Source: an uncultured Chromatiales bacterium (GTDB taxonomy: Bacteria; Bacteroidota; Ignavibacteria; SZUA-365). From it: 64,000 bases of DNA. The notes beneath the pieces are model-generated. The model was not told where the DNA came from. It ran no database searches and saw only the letters and a list, made by a program, of their open reading frames with translations. This document shows positions 17,908 through 27,860 of the stretch, piece after piece. The stretch lies in NCBI GenBank assembly GCA_964388275.1, contig CAYLZD010000010.1, positions 8,023 through 72,022 of the forward strand, in the 5' to 3' direction. A program made the position numbers and the translations under genes. Numbering within the stretch: the stretch's first letter is position 1; every line of letters begins with the position of its first letter.

Positions 17908-19632
17908 ATGCGATTCTTCCGGATTGTCCTCCCCGGGATGACGTTGCTTTGCTCTTTTTGCGTCTCCCTCTCTTACGGCCAGGAATTGGATAGACTGGAA
18001 GAAATACAGCCGTTTACATTGCAGGGCAATGTGAGCGGCACAACGACCGGCTACTCGATGTCGGGCATCGAGCGCAGGCAGACGCCGTTTTCATGGATGT
18101 TCAACGGCGCCGCGACGGCCACCGTTTACGACGTGGAAATGCCTTTCAGTTTCATGTTCGCCGAACGCGAGCGCGAGTTCCATCAACCGTTCAATGAATT
18201 CGGCATTTCCCCGAGTTACAAGTGGGTGAAATTGCATCTCGGATACAGGTCTCTTTCCTGGTCGCGCTACACGATGGCCGGGATGCGTTTCGCGGGCGCC
18301 GCCCTGGAACTGATGCCGCAGGACTTCCAATTCGCCGTCATGTACGGCCGGCTCGCGCGCGCCGTGGAGGAGGATCCCGACAACCCGCTGGCAGTGCCGG
18401 CTTACAAGAGAACAGGCGGCGGCGCCATGGCCAAGATCGGCAATGAAAACGGTTTCTTCCAGGTGTCTCTTTTCTGGGCGCTGGACGACACCGCCTCGCT
18501 CGCCCGTCAGCCGTCGTACATACTTCCGCAGGAAAACGTGGCCGCAGCCTTCGGCGCCTACTTCGTCGCCTTCGATTGGCTGACGGCGGAACTCGACGTC
18601 GGCGCCTGCTTCCTCACGAACAACCTTTTCTCGCCGGAACTGTCGGGCAGCGGACTCAGCGGCGGAAAGCAGCAGAGCCGCGTCAGGCATTTCAAGCGTT
18701 TCTTCGACTTGCGCACTTCATCCACGCTGTCTTTCGCGATGAAAACAGGCCTGCTGTTCCGCTTTCCCTGGATGAACGCGCGACTGGATTACGAAATAAT
18801 CGAACCGGAATTCACCGCCTTCGGCGCCTATTATTTCAACTCCGACATACAGAATCTCACGCTGGCCCCGAGTTTCCAACTCTTCGACGGCGCCGTGAGG
18901 GTGACGGCCTCCGGCGGCGTGCAGAGCGACAACGTGGGCAACACAAAGACGGCGACAACGACGCGCTTGATAACCTCGGCAAACATCGGCTGGTCGCCCA
19001 ACAACGTCTGGAATATCGACGCCATGTTCTCGAATTACGCCACCAGCCAGGCGGCCACACGCGAACCGCTCAACGATTCCATCAGGGTGCGGAACGTCAA
19101 TACATCCATCTCGCTAACACCGCGCATGATGCTGGAATCCGACGCGTTGAGGCATGTAGTGACACTCGCGGCCGGCACGATGGTCTACGACGACATGAAC
19201 ATCGTTACGGGCCGTTTTTCCGGATCTTCCACCACGACAACCTCGTTGTCGTACAACCTGGGATTCAAGGAAACCCCGTGGACCACCGGCGCCGCTATCA
19301 ACTGGTCCAACACCGAAACGGCGTTCGGAGTGACGAAAAATGTGGGCTTCGCAATCAACGGCGCCACATCATTTTTCGAAAGCGCGCTGAGTCTCAGCCT
19401 CACTATCGGATACTCCAGCATCACCGTCGGATCGGCGGACGCCTCGGGTGTGCTCACGCAGACTCTCGGAGTAGGATACCGGGCGTCGAACGACGACCAG
19501 TTCACGTTCTCACTTACCGGAAGCCAAAACGGAGGCGGTTCGGAAATCAATCCGGCCTATCGTGAATACACCGCCACCGTGAATTACAACAGAGCGATTT
19601 CCTGGACTCCCTCGGGGGCCGATACTCCATGA
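17908..19632 (+). CDS. Putative outer-membrane beta-barrel protein; hypothetical.
   Basis: The signal peptide is MRFFRIVLPGMTLLCSFCVSLSYGQ. Alternating hydrophobic beta-strand-like segments are rich in aromatic residues and G/S/T/N. The start is ambiguous between 17863 and 17908. Confidence 0.6.
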   Translation: MRFFRIVLPGMTLLCSFCVSLSYGQELDRLEEIQPFTLQGNVSGTTTGYSMSGIERRQTPFSWMFNGAATATVYDVEMPFSFMFAEREREFHQPFNEFGISPSYKWVKLHLGYRSLSWSRYTMAGMRFAGAALELMPQDFQFAVMYGRLARAVEEDPDNPLAVPAYKRTGGGAMAKIGNENGFFQVSLFWALDDTASLARQPSYILPQENVAAAFGAYFVAFDWLTAELDVGACFLTNNLFSPELSGSGLSGGKQQSRVRHFKRFFDLRTSSTLSFAMKTGLLFRFPWMNARLDYEIIEPEFTAFGAYYFNSDIQNLTLAPSFQLFDGAVRVTASGGVQSDNVGNTKTATTTRLITSANIGWSPNNVWNIDAMFSNYATSQAATREPLNDSIRVRNVNTSISLTPRMMLESDALRHVVTLAAGTMVYDDMNIVTGRFSGSSTTTTSLSYNLGFKETPWTTGAAINWSNTETAFGVTKNVGFAINGATSFFESALSLSLTIGYSSITVGSADASGVLTQTLGVGYRASNDDQFTFSLTGSQNGGGSEINPAYREYTATVNYNRAISWTPSGADTP

Positions 19633-19686
19633 TCTGTTTCCAAACCCTGCCGACGGACACCCGCATATTGTAAAAGGAAGCACCCC

Positions 19687-22600
19687 ATGAAAAGCATATC
19701 GAAGACTCGGCGCGCCTTGTTCGCACTGCTGTTTGCAGCTTCGCTGTCCGCACCGGCCGTTTCCCAGCCTTATCCGCTGCAGGTGACAGTGACTATTGTG
19801 CCGCCATACAGTCCTCTTCTGTCCGACTGGGAGGCGAATCCTGACCGCATACAACTCACGGTGCGCAATACGAGCGCGGGCACTCTTCAATTCCGGCTTT
19901 CCGGCACTCTCGAAAACAGCGACAAGTCCATACGCATCTGGACCAAGAACAACGCTCCGATGCAACCGTTCAACATCGGTCCGAACGGCATGCTTAATCT
20001 CAGCGGCCGCGATTACAACCTGTTCAATCAGAACCAGGTGGACGGGACAGGCGTGGACAGGGATCAGGTGGCGCGCAGCGGCCGCCTTCCCGAGGGATCG
20101 TACACGATCTGCGCGCAGGCGTTGGACTACGTGACTCTGGCGCCCCTGTCGGCGCCACCGCCCACGGGCTGCCAGTTCATCAACATACAATACGCGGAAA
20201 TTCCCCAGCCGATATCACCTCAATGCGCTTCCACAGTGCCGATGCGCACTCCGCAGTTGATCATGCTGCAGTGGACGGCGCCGGTGGCGGGCGTGCCGCC
20301 GGCCGAGCTCGGCAACATCCGCTACGAATTGATGCTCGTGCCCGTGGCGCCGGGCAAGACGCCTGAAGCTTCGATCGAGGCGCCGGGAGACCCGGCGCTG
20401 TTCGTTCGCCGCGATCTGACCTCGACCCTGTTCCAGTACGACGCCATGCTGCCCTTGCTCGTCAAGGGCAAGACTTACGCCTGGCGTGTGCGGGCTTATG
20501 CCGTCGGAGACAGGGTAGCATTTCGCAACGCCGGTAAAAGCATAGTCTGCTCATTCCTCTACGGCGAACCCGACAAGCGCACCAGCGCCCTGTGTTTCAC
20601 CTTGGATCCGGTGGAACCGAGGAGCGGCGGGGTGCTGACAAGCAGTCCCGTGCCGGTGTTCAAGCTTAAAGCGGCCCCGGACATTTCGAAACAAGGCATC
20701 AAGGGAGGGCGTCTCCGCATATGGCGCATGGTGAACAAGGACGAGAGCCTTGCCGCCGTGACCGTGCGCACGCCGGTGCACGACAAGGAATTCACCGGCA
20801 ACGCAGAAACCGATATCGCGTTGTCGCCCATGACCGGCGATTCGACGGCGATGGAGCTGAAATTCGCCGCGAAGGAGGATGCCAAATTCACCGCGACCAC
20901 GGAAATCTGGTATGCCTGGCGTTTCGACCTGCGGCACGACAGCGCCTCCATCCGCGCCGATTCGCTCGAATGTATACGCGGCGAAACCGCCAGCACACTG
21001 GGCACATTCAGCTGGGCGCCCTGCTTCGCCATGACAGCCGAGCAGCCAGTCCACAACGGGCGCTGGACGAGCGGACCGAAGCCCCTTTTTTCCGTGAAGG
21101 TGACTCCCGGCATCAATCACCTGTCCATCACCGGCGGCACACTCAACATTTGGAAGATAGACGATTCCACGAAGACGGAAATCGGAACCCGCTTCCCTGA
21201 CAGGCGCATCGTTTTCTCCGGAACTCCGTCCACCAATCTCGCACTCCGCACGGCGGCCGGAAGCGATACGATACTTGATCTGAAATTCGTCAATCACCCC
21301 GGGGCGACAAAGGAATGGCTGCCCGAGAACGGTGCGTGGTATTTGTGGGATTTCACGGCGGACTTCGACCAGTACGCCGTCCGTCAGGACAGGCAGCCCT
21401 GCACGGTGTCGAAAATCGTCAGCAGCAGAGGCGTCTTCCGTTATGATTCGACGGCCGCGAGGGATACCTCGAAACCCGCGGCCTGCGTCGGTCTCGAACC
21501 GGTCTCGCCTGAACAGAAAGGCGTCTGGTACAAGAGCAACAGGCCGCAATTCCGGTTGCACGCGTCGCCGGCCGTCGCGCAGGCGGGCATCAAAGGCGGC
21601 AACCTGAAAATCTGGGAAATGAACACCGCGAGCGAGGACACCTCCGTCGTGTTCGCCCGAGCGCCGGTGTACGACCGCAAGTTTTCCGGCAACAACACGA
21701 TCCATATCGAGACGAAACCCGATTCCGCCGGGGGCACTCCGGTGAACCTCGTGTTCATCAACGAGAACCGGAGTTCATCGACCGACATTTACAAACACGA
21801 CTTCACACAGGGCAAGTCCTATCTCTGGCGCTTCACGATGGGAGTGGACAGCGTGAAGATCCGCAAGGATTCCGTGCATTGCGCCGTGGCCGAGGTAGTG
21901 TCAACTCCCGGCATTTTCACTTTCGACACCACGTACAGGCCTGGCGACGTGCCGATCGCCGAGTGCGTGCGGCTCACTGCCCAGCAGCCGCCGGACCGCG
22001 GTTTCTGGAAAAAGGACTCCCTGCCGCTGTTCACGCTCAAGGCTGTGCCGGAAATAGTCACATCCGCCGTGCGTGGAGGCCGGCTGCAGGTCTGGCAGAT
22101 GAACAGTTCGCGCGAGGACACGACTCAGGTGCTCAAACGCGCTCCGGTGTTCGATCAGAGCTTCTCGGGCAGCGCGGCGGCTAACTTCGTTCAGAGGATG
22201 GATTCTACGGGCATGCCGCTGCTCGATCTCAAGTTCGTGAACTTCCCGGGAGCTGCGAAGCGATTCATTGCAATACAGAAGAAGAGCTATTTGTGGCGCT
22301 TCACGCTGGCGTTCAATCGTGCGACCATCAGGCGGGACAGCTCCTGCACGCGCGACACGGTTCGAAGCGTACTCGCCGTGTTCACCGCGGATTCCACCGC
22401 TACCGAGGGTTGCCTGGACGTCTGTTCCATCGCCGCGCCGGTGCTGCAAACGCCTGGAACGCAGCAATTCAAACCGAATGATTCGCTCCGCGTGGGCCGC
22501 TTCAGCATGAAACTGGTCACCGTAAGCGGTTCGCCCGCGGCGCTGAGCGGCACCGGACTGATACCGATTCCGTTCATGAGAACCGTGAAGATCGCGGTGG

Positions 22601-25569
22601 AATTTTTCGACATAAAGGTCAATGCCAACAACGAAGTCTACGAAGGCGATATCACGGCCCAGCAGGCCGAAGACGCCACGCTCACGAAGGAACTCGCCAA
22701 CGGACTCGGCGACGCCCTCGGCCTGACGGAAGAGCAGCTCAAGACGGTCTACGGCATCACAACCGACGCGGCGCGGCTGGTCAGCGCTCTGGCCGGACAG
22801 CCGGCGAAAATGCCTCTCGGTTTCGACAACGAGATCATGGGTCACAAGGTGGTGCTCGGCATAATAGGCATGGTGTTCAAGCCCACGGCGGCGTACATGA
22901 ACATGGTCATGTCCTACGCCATACCGGAATGGGGGCCGGAGATTGCCGTGGGCCTCGGCGCCCGCAAGATTTGCGTTTCGCCTTCCGGCATCGGCGGCGA
23001 CGGCAACGTGGAACTGTATCTGCCCGCCGACCTCGGCTACACGGCCAGCACAACCTGGAGCTTCAAATTCCTCGCGCCGAAGGGCGAGGAGCCCGGTTGT
23101 TATCTGGCGCTGGACTGCAAGGGCTTCAAGGAGCTGCATCTCAGCGCGCAGGTGGAATTCCCGCGCGCCTGGCTGAAACCCTTCCCGACCGACGACGGCA
23201 CGTCCAAAGTCAAGGCCAAGTTCCGCACTGCAATTTCCCGGGGAGGAAACTTCCTCGCCGCGGCGAGTCTCGACCGCTGTGAAATCGCGGGAGTTCCAGG
23301 CCTGGTTCTCGAAGTGCAGGAAATGAGCATAGACAAATCCATCGAGGCGAACCCCAACGGCATCTTCTTTCCTGACGGTTATGTGGGTGTGAAGGACAAC
23401 ACCTGGCAAGGCTTCTTCATCAAAAGGGCGAGCATTTCGCTGCCGCCCGCCCTGCGCACCTTCGACGCGAGCCAGCCGCCGCAGTTGGCGGTTCAGAACC
23501 TCCTGATCACGAAGGCGGGCATCACCGGAAGCTTCAGGGGCGAGAACGTGTTCCAGTATCCGACCGGCAACTTCGGATCCTGGGGCGGCAGTCTCGACAC
23601 GATCGGCGTGGAGATCGTCAGCAGTTCGCTCAAATCCGGCTGGTTGAAGGGTAGAATTCAGATGCCGATATCCGATTCCCCCTTCAAATACTCCGCCACG
23701 CTGTCGCGTCCTCTCGCAACCGACACGGCGAAGTCTCTGCGCATGGCCTTCGTCATACAGCCGGCCGACACTTTCCAGGCCAACATCTGGATGGCCTCGA
23801 TCAAGCTGTTTTCGACGTCCAGCATAACTCTCGGCAACGACAATCCGCAGCGCCAGTTCAGGGCGGTCGCCATACTCAACGGGAGCGTGTCCATAGCGGG
23901 GACGGTCGGCAACGTGCCCGGCGTGAACCTGCTCGGCATCGGCTTCCAGAACATGAAGCTGCAGAGCGTCAAGCCCTATTTCACGAAAGGCACGTTTAGC
24001 TTCGCCAGCCCGCAGAAAGGCCTGGCTGGATTCCCGATCTCAATATCCAACATCAACATGGAGAACAAGACGGTCTCCAACAAGGACCTGACGGGAATCA
24101 AGTTCACAATAAGCGTCAACTTCGCTCCGGGTTCCACGGCCATTGGAGGGAGCACGACGCTCACAATCTGGGGTGAACTGGATGTTAGCGGGGGCGGACA
24201 GAAGTTCAAATACAACAGCATCGAACTGAACCAGATCACGGTGAACGCCGACCTGGGGCCGGTTTCGATAGTCGGGTCGATCACCTTCTACAGGAACGAC
24301 CCGGTGTTCGGAAACGGCTTCCGTGGGGCCGTGCAGGCGAAAATCATCCAGATGATAGACGTCACGGTGACCGTGCAGTTCGGCAAGGTCAGCACGTACC
24401 GGTACTTCTACATTGATGCCAAGGCCATATTCAGCCCCGGCATCCCGATCGGCGCGGGACAGTTCCAGACGGGAACCGCATTCTACGGCTTCGGCGGCGG
24501 TTTCTGGTGGAACATGCGCAGGGAAGGACCGGGAACGCCCGGAGTGCCGACTTCCTCGGCCGTCGCCGGATCGACCCCCGGCGCGACGGTCTCCGGCTTC
24601 CGCTTCGTGCCGTCCGAGGGCGTTTTCGGCTTCAAGGCGATGGTGGTGATGGGCACATACCCGTCGTCCGCCGCTTTCAACGCCGATGTCATTCTTGAAA
24701 TCGAGCTGATTCGCAACACGAGCACCGGCGGCATTTCCATGGGCCGCATCACGCTGCAGGGCAACGGTTACATGATGGCGGAAGTGACCGCGAGGCAGAA
24801 CGCGAAAGTGACGATGTTCTGCGATCTCACCTTCTATTTCCCGCAGAAGATGTTCCACGGGATATTCACCGTGAGCATAAGCGCCACACCGGTGACGGGC
24901 GGCGGCACTGCCGTGCTTCATATCGAGGCGGGCAACTGGTACTTCAAGATCGGAGAACCGAGCAGCCGCATGCAGATCCGCCTCGCCTCCTGGCTCGGGC
25001 AGGTGGGCGCTTATCTGATGATGGGCAAGAATCTTCCACCGCCACCTCCTCCGCCTGAAAACGTGCGCCGGATAATCGGTTCGCCCACGTCGAGCCGCAA
25101 CACGAACATCGCGGCCGGGAACGGTTTCGCCTTCGGAGCGGATATCTCCTTCGATACGGGACGGCAGACTTGGGGAATCTTTTACGGGCGCTTCGCCGCC
25201 GGCGGCGGCTTCGACATAGCGGTGCTGAAACAGAATAATTGCACCGGCATCAACAAATGGCAGGCGCAGGGACAGCTCTATGCCTATGTGTCCGGCTCTG
25301 TCGGCTTGTACGTCGATATCAGCGGCCATCTTTGGAAGCCCTGCGGGCCTTGGTACTGCAAGATTTGCAAGTGGTGCAAGTGCTGTTACTTCGGTTACAA
25401 GGGTGAATTCCAGATCCTCGGCATCAACGCGGCCATGCTGCTCGAAGCCGGAGCTCCCAATCCGCTCTGGGCGAAGGGAACGGTGAGCGGCAATTACAAT
25501 ATCCTGGGGGGTTTGGTCAAGGGACATTGCACTTTCAAGTTCTCCAAGGGCACGGAGTGCAGAATATGA
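19687..25569 (+). CDS. Giant (1960 aa) secreted protein with 4-5 tandem ~160-aa N-terminal repeats, a large beta-rich C-terminal region and a Cys-rich tail; hypothetical.
   Basis: The signal peptide is MKSISKTRRALFALLFAASLSAPAVSQ. Repeats start at CFTLDPVEP, CFAMTAEQP, CVGLEPVSP and CVRLTAQQP. Each contains (L/F)KaxPxIxxxGIKGGxLxIWxM. A PPPPPPPE linker is present. The tail reads CGPWYCKICKWCKCCYFGYKGEF. Confidence 0.85.
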   Translation: MKSISKTRRALFALLFAASLSAPAVSQPYPLQVTVTIVPPYSPLLSDWEANPDRIQLTVRNTSAGTLQFRLSGTLENSDKSIRIWTKNNAPMQPFNIGPNGMLNLSGRDYNLFNQNQVDGTGVDRDQVARSGRLPEGSYTICAQALDYVTLAPLSAPPPTGCQFINIQYAEIPQPISPQCASTVPMRTPQLIMLQWTAPVAGVPPAELGNIRYELMLVPVAPGKTPEASIEAPGDPALFVRRDLTSTLFQYDAMLPLLVKGKTYAWRVRAYAVGDRVAFRNAGKSIVCSFLYGEPDKRTSALCFTLDPVEPRSGGVLTSSPVPVFKLKAAPDISKQGIKGGRLRIWRMVNKDESLAAVTVRTPVHDKEFTGNAETDIALSPMTGDSTAMELKFAAKEDAKFTATTEIWYAWRFDLRHDSASIRADSLECIRGETASTLGTFSWAPCFAMTAEQPVHNGRWTSGPKPLFSVKVTPGINHLSITGGTLNIWKIDDSTKTEIGTRFPDRRIVFSGTPSTNLALRTAAGSDTILDLKFVNHPGATKEWLPENGAWYLWDFTADFDQYAVRQDRQPCTVSKIVSSRGVFRYDSTAARDTSKPAACVGLEPVSPEQKGVWYKSNRPQFRLHASPAVAQAGIKGGNLKIWEMNTASEDTSVVFARAPVYDRKFSGNNTIHIETKPDSAGGTPVNLVFINENRSSSTDIYKHDFTQGKSYLWRFTMGVDSVKIRKDSVHCAVAEVVSTPGIFTFDTTYRPGDVPIAECVRLTAQQPPDRGFWKKDSLPLFTLKAVPEIVTSAVRGGRLQVWQMNSSREDTTQVLKRAPVFDQSFSGSAAANFVQRMDSTGMPLLDLKFVNFPGAAKRFIAIQKKSYLWRFTLAFNRATIRRDSSCTRDTVRSVLAVFTADSTATEGCLDVCSIAAPVLQTPGTQQFKPNDSLRVGRFSMKLVTVSGSPAALSGTGLIPIPFMRTVKIAVEFFDIKVNANNEVYEGDITAQQAEDATLTKELANGLGDALGLTEEQLKTVYGITTDAARLVSALAGQPAKMPLGFDNEIMGHKVVLGIIGMVFKPTAAYMNMVMSYAIPEWGPEIAVGLGARKICVSPSGIGGDGNVELYLPADLGYTASTTWSFKFLAPKGEEPGCYLALDCKGFKELHLSAQVEFPRAWLKPFPTDDGTSKVKAKFRTAISRGGNFLAAASLDRCEIAGVPGLVLEVQEMSIDKSIEANPNGIFFPDGYVGVKDNTWQGFFIKRASISLPPALRTFDASQPPQLAVQNLLITKAGITGSFRGENVFQYPTGNFGSWGGSLDTIGVEIVSSSLKSGWLKGRIQMPISDSPFKYSATLSRPLATDTAKSLRMAFVIQPADTFQANIWMASIKLFSTSSITLGNDNPQRQFRAVAILNGSVSIAGTVGNVPGVNLLGIGFQNMKLQSVKPYFTKGTFSFASPQKGLAGFPISISNINMENKTVSNKDLTGIKFTISVNFAPGSTAIGGSTTLTIWGELDVSGGGQKFKYNSIELNQITVNADLGPVSIVGSITFYRNDPVFGNGFRGAVQAKIIQMIDVTVTVQFGKVSTYRYFYIDAKAIFSPGIPIGAGQFQTGTAFYGFGGGFWWNMRREGPGTPGVPTSSAVAGSTPGATVSGFRFVPSEGVFGFKAMVVMGTYPSSAAFNADVILEIELIRNTSTGGISMGRITLQGNGYMMAEVTARQNAKVTMFCDLTFYFPQKMFHGIFTVSISATPVTGGGTAVLHIEAGNWYFKIGEPSSRMQIRLASWLGQVGAYLMMGKNLPPPPPPPENVRRIIGSPTSSRNTNIAAGNGFAFGADISFDTGRQTWGIFYGRFAAGGGFDIAVLKQNNCTGINKWQAQGQLYAYVSGSVGLYVDISGHLWKPCGPWYCKICKWCKCCYFGYKGEFQILGINAAMLLEAGAPNPLWAKGTVSGNYNILGGLVKGHCTFKFSKGTECRI

Positions 25570-27752
25570 AGCAGCGCACGATACTCCCAATCGGATCGAC
25601 GAAAACGAAAATGATGAACAACTCCTCTTTCTTCGTGAAGCGCGGGAAGTCGCTCCGCCGCCTGCTCGGCGTGCTGCTTCTTTCCGGGCCCGTGCTGCCG
25701 GCGCAGACGACTACGGAAGCGCCGTCGCGCACCGTGCCGCACGATCCCGGCTTCGCCTCCATACACCTGCTCGCCCGCGCTTCTTCTGATTCCATAATAC
25801 TGCGCTGGGCGCCGGGCACACCTCACGCATGGCGGCTCTGCAACCGCATCGGATACACCGTCAAGCGGCGCTCCGCCTCGGGCGGGACCGTGACCCTGAC
25901 GCAGGAACCCCTGCTCCCGTGGGATCCCGATCAGCTGAAGGACGCGTTGGACGCGGCGCCTCAAAACCGATATATCGGCGTGGCCGCACTCGCTCTCTGG
26001 AGCGACACGACTCTGATCGGCATCTCCGACAGTCTCGGCCTCGATACGCTCGAAGCCAACGCCGAGCGCAACACGCTGCTCTACGGCTACGCGTTGTTCA
26101 GCGCCGATAACGATCCGAGCGTGGCCGGCATGACGGCGCTGCGTTTCGTCGATCGCTCCGTGCGAGCCGGCGAGACCTACACGTACATCGTCTCGATGAG
26201 CGAAGCGCGGGATTACCGGATCATCCCGGGCGAGGTGACGGTAGTCGCGGGACCGGACGCCACCGTCCTGCCGCCGCCGAAGGATTTAACCGCGGAGGGA
26301 TCCGACGGCCGCATCGACCTGGTCTGGTCGGCCCCTGAATACCCGTACACGGGATATGAGGTGCTGCGCTCCGACGACGGAGGCCGAACCTACCGGGCTC
26401 TCACCGTCACTCCCATCGTCATTCTTCGCAACGAGAGCGGAAATCCGACGCCCGGGTCGTTCCGGGATACCGCCGTCGTCAATTACCGGGTTTACGGATA
26501 CAGGGTGAGGGGCATCGATGCTTTCGGCATGACCGGCCCCCATGCCGAGGCGAGCGCCTCGGCCCGCGATCTGACACCGCCGTTCACCCCCTTCGTGCGG
26601 AATCCCGAACAACTCGGCAGCGACAGGATCAAGCTCTCCTGGGAGGTGCCGGAGGCGGTTCCGGATCTGGCCGGCTTCCACATCTCGCGCAGCGCCTTGT
26701 CGGACAGCGGATTCAGACGCATAACGGACAAACCGCTCCCTAAATCGGCGCGTTCCTTCACCGATGACAAGCCAGACGAAGCCGAGCCGTTCTACATCGT
26801 TTCCGCTATCGACACGGCGGGAAATATCGCGAATTCGCTGCCGCTTTTTGGTTTTGTGCTCGACACGCTGCCGCCGGCCGTCCCGACAGGCCTGACGGGC
26901 GTAATCGACAGCAGCGGCATCGTCACGCTGCGCTGGAACGCGAACCGCGAGCGCAACCTGCTGGGTTACAGGGTCCTCTGGTCGAATGCGCTCGACCACG
27001 AATTCTCGCAGCGCACCGGGCAGGTGTGGAAAGACACGGTGTTCACGGATACGGTGGAGGTGAACACTCTGACTAAGCATGTGTATTACCAGGTTGCGGC
27101 CCTGAACTGGAACTACAACCACTCGCTGCCTTCCGAGCCGCTGGAAATCCGCAGGCCCGACGTGGTCCCGCCCGAAGCGCCGGTGTTCACGGACGTGCTC
27201 GCCAGCGACTCGTCGGTGCTTCTCCGTTGGGTGCCTTCCGGCAGCGGCGACCTGCGCGAGCATGTCTTGCTCAGGCGCGTATCCGGCGAAGACAAGTGGA
27301 TGCCGCTGGCAACGCTCGCACGCGGTTCGGATATGTACGAGGACCGGTCCGCGCGGACGAGCGTGATGTACGAATACCAGATCGAGGCCGTTGACAGCAG
27401 CGGACTGCGCGCCATGGCCGATGTGCCGGTGCAGGGCCGTCCTTACGATACCGGGCTGAGGCCGGCGCCTGCCGGCCTCCGGGCCGTCTACGATGAACGC
27501 AGCGGCGCCGTCACTATCGAGTGGCGTTACTCTCCGCGGCCGGATGAAGCCGTCTATTACGTGATTTACAGATCGTTCGAGGACGCTCCCATGATCGCCC
27601 TCGTCTCGGCGGAACTACCGGAAAACCGCTACACGGACAAGATGCTGGTGGGCGACGGCGATTATTCATACGCCGTCAGAGTGATGACACGCGGCGGCGC
27701 GGAGTCTCCGATGAGCGGCCGGGTGTCGGTGAAGGTGGGCGGATCGCGTTGA
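25566..27752 (+). CDS. Fibronectin type III repeat protein, translationally coupled (ATGA overlap) to the giant protein.
   Basis: A signal-like N-terminus. At least four FN3-like modules carry PP.xP..L signatures (LTPPFTPFVRNPEQLGSDRIKLSWE; LPPAVPTGLTGV...LRWNAN; PPEAPVFTDV...LLRWVPS; PAPAGLRAVYDE...IEWRYSP). Confidence 0.8.
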   Translation: MKQRTILPIGSTKTKMMNNSSFFVKRGKSLRRLLGVLLLSGPVLPAQTTTEAPSRTVPHDPGFASIHLLARASSDSIILRWAPGTPHAWRLCNRIGYTVKRRSASGGTVTLTQEPLLPWDPDQLKDALDAAPQNRYIGVAALALWSDTTLIGISDSLGLDTLEANAERNTLLYGYALFSADNDPSVAGMTALRFVDRSVRAGETYTYIVSMSEARDYRIIPGEVTVVAGPDATVLPPPKDLTAEGSDGRIDLVWSAPEYPYTGYEVLRSDDGGRTYRALTVTPIVILRNESGNPTPGSFRDTAVVNYRVYGYRVRGIDAFGMTGPHAEASASARDLTPPFTPFVRNPEQLGSDRIKLSWEVPEAVPDLAGFHISRSALSDSGFRRITDKPLPKSARSFTDDKPDEAEPFYIVSAIDTAGNIANSLPLFGFVLDTLPPAVPTGLTGVIDSSGIVTLRWNANRERNLLGYRVLWSNALDHEFSQRTGQVWKDTVFTDTVEVNTLTKHVYYQVAALNWNYNHSLPSEPLEIRRPDVVPPEAPVFTDVLASDSSVLLRWVPSGSGDLREHVLLRRVSGEDKWMPLATLARGSDMYEDRSARTSVMYEYQIEAVDSSGLRAMADVPVQGRPYDTGLRPAPAGLRAVYDERSGAVTIEWRYSPRPDEAVYYVIYRSFEDAPMIALVSAELPENRYTDKMLVGDGDYSYAVRVMTRGGAESPMSGRVSVKVGGSR

Positions 27753-27860
27753 TACGAAGCAAAAAAATCCGATAAATTCATCTGCTGTTTGCGGACAGCC
27801 GGGGGCGCTGTCGCGTCGCCGGCTGCAGCCCTTGTGTCCGGCAGTGGAACGCGAGACCGC

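Noticed and set aside
20551-25590. Long minus-strand ORFs (20551-21705, 21901-23409, 24040-25590) and 26286-27263
   Set aside because: They lie entirely antisense to the giant-protein and FN3-protein genes. Their translations are Arg/Gly/Ala-rich low-complexity typical of GC-rich antisense frames.
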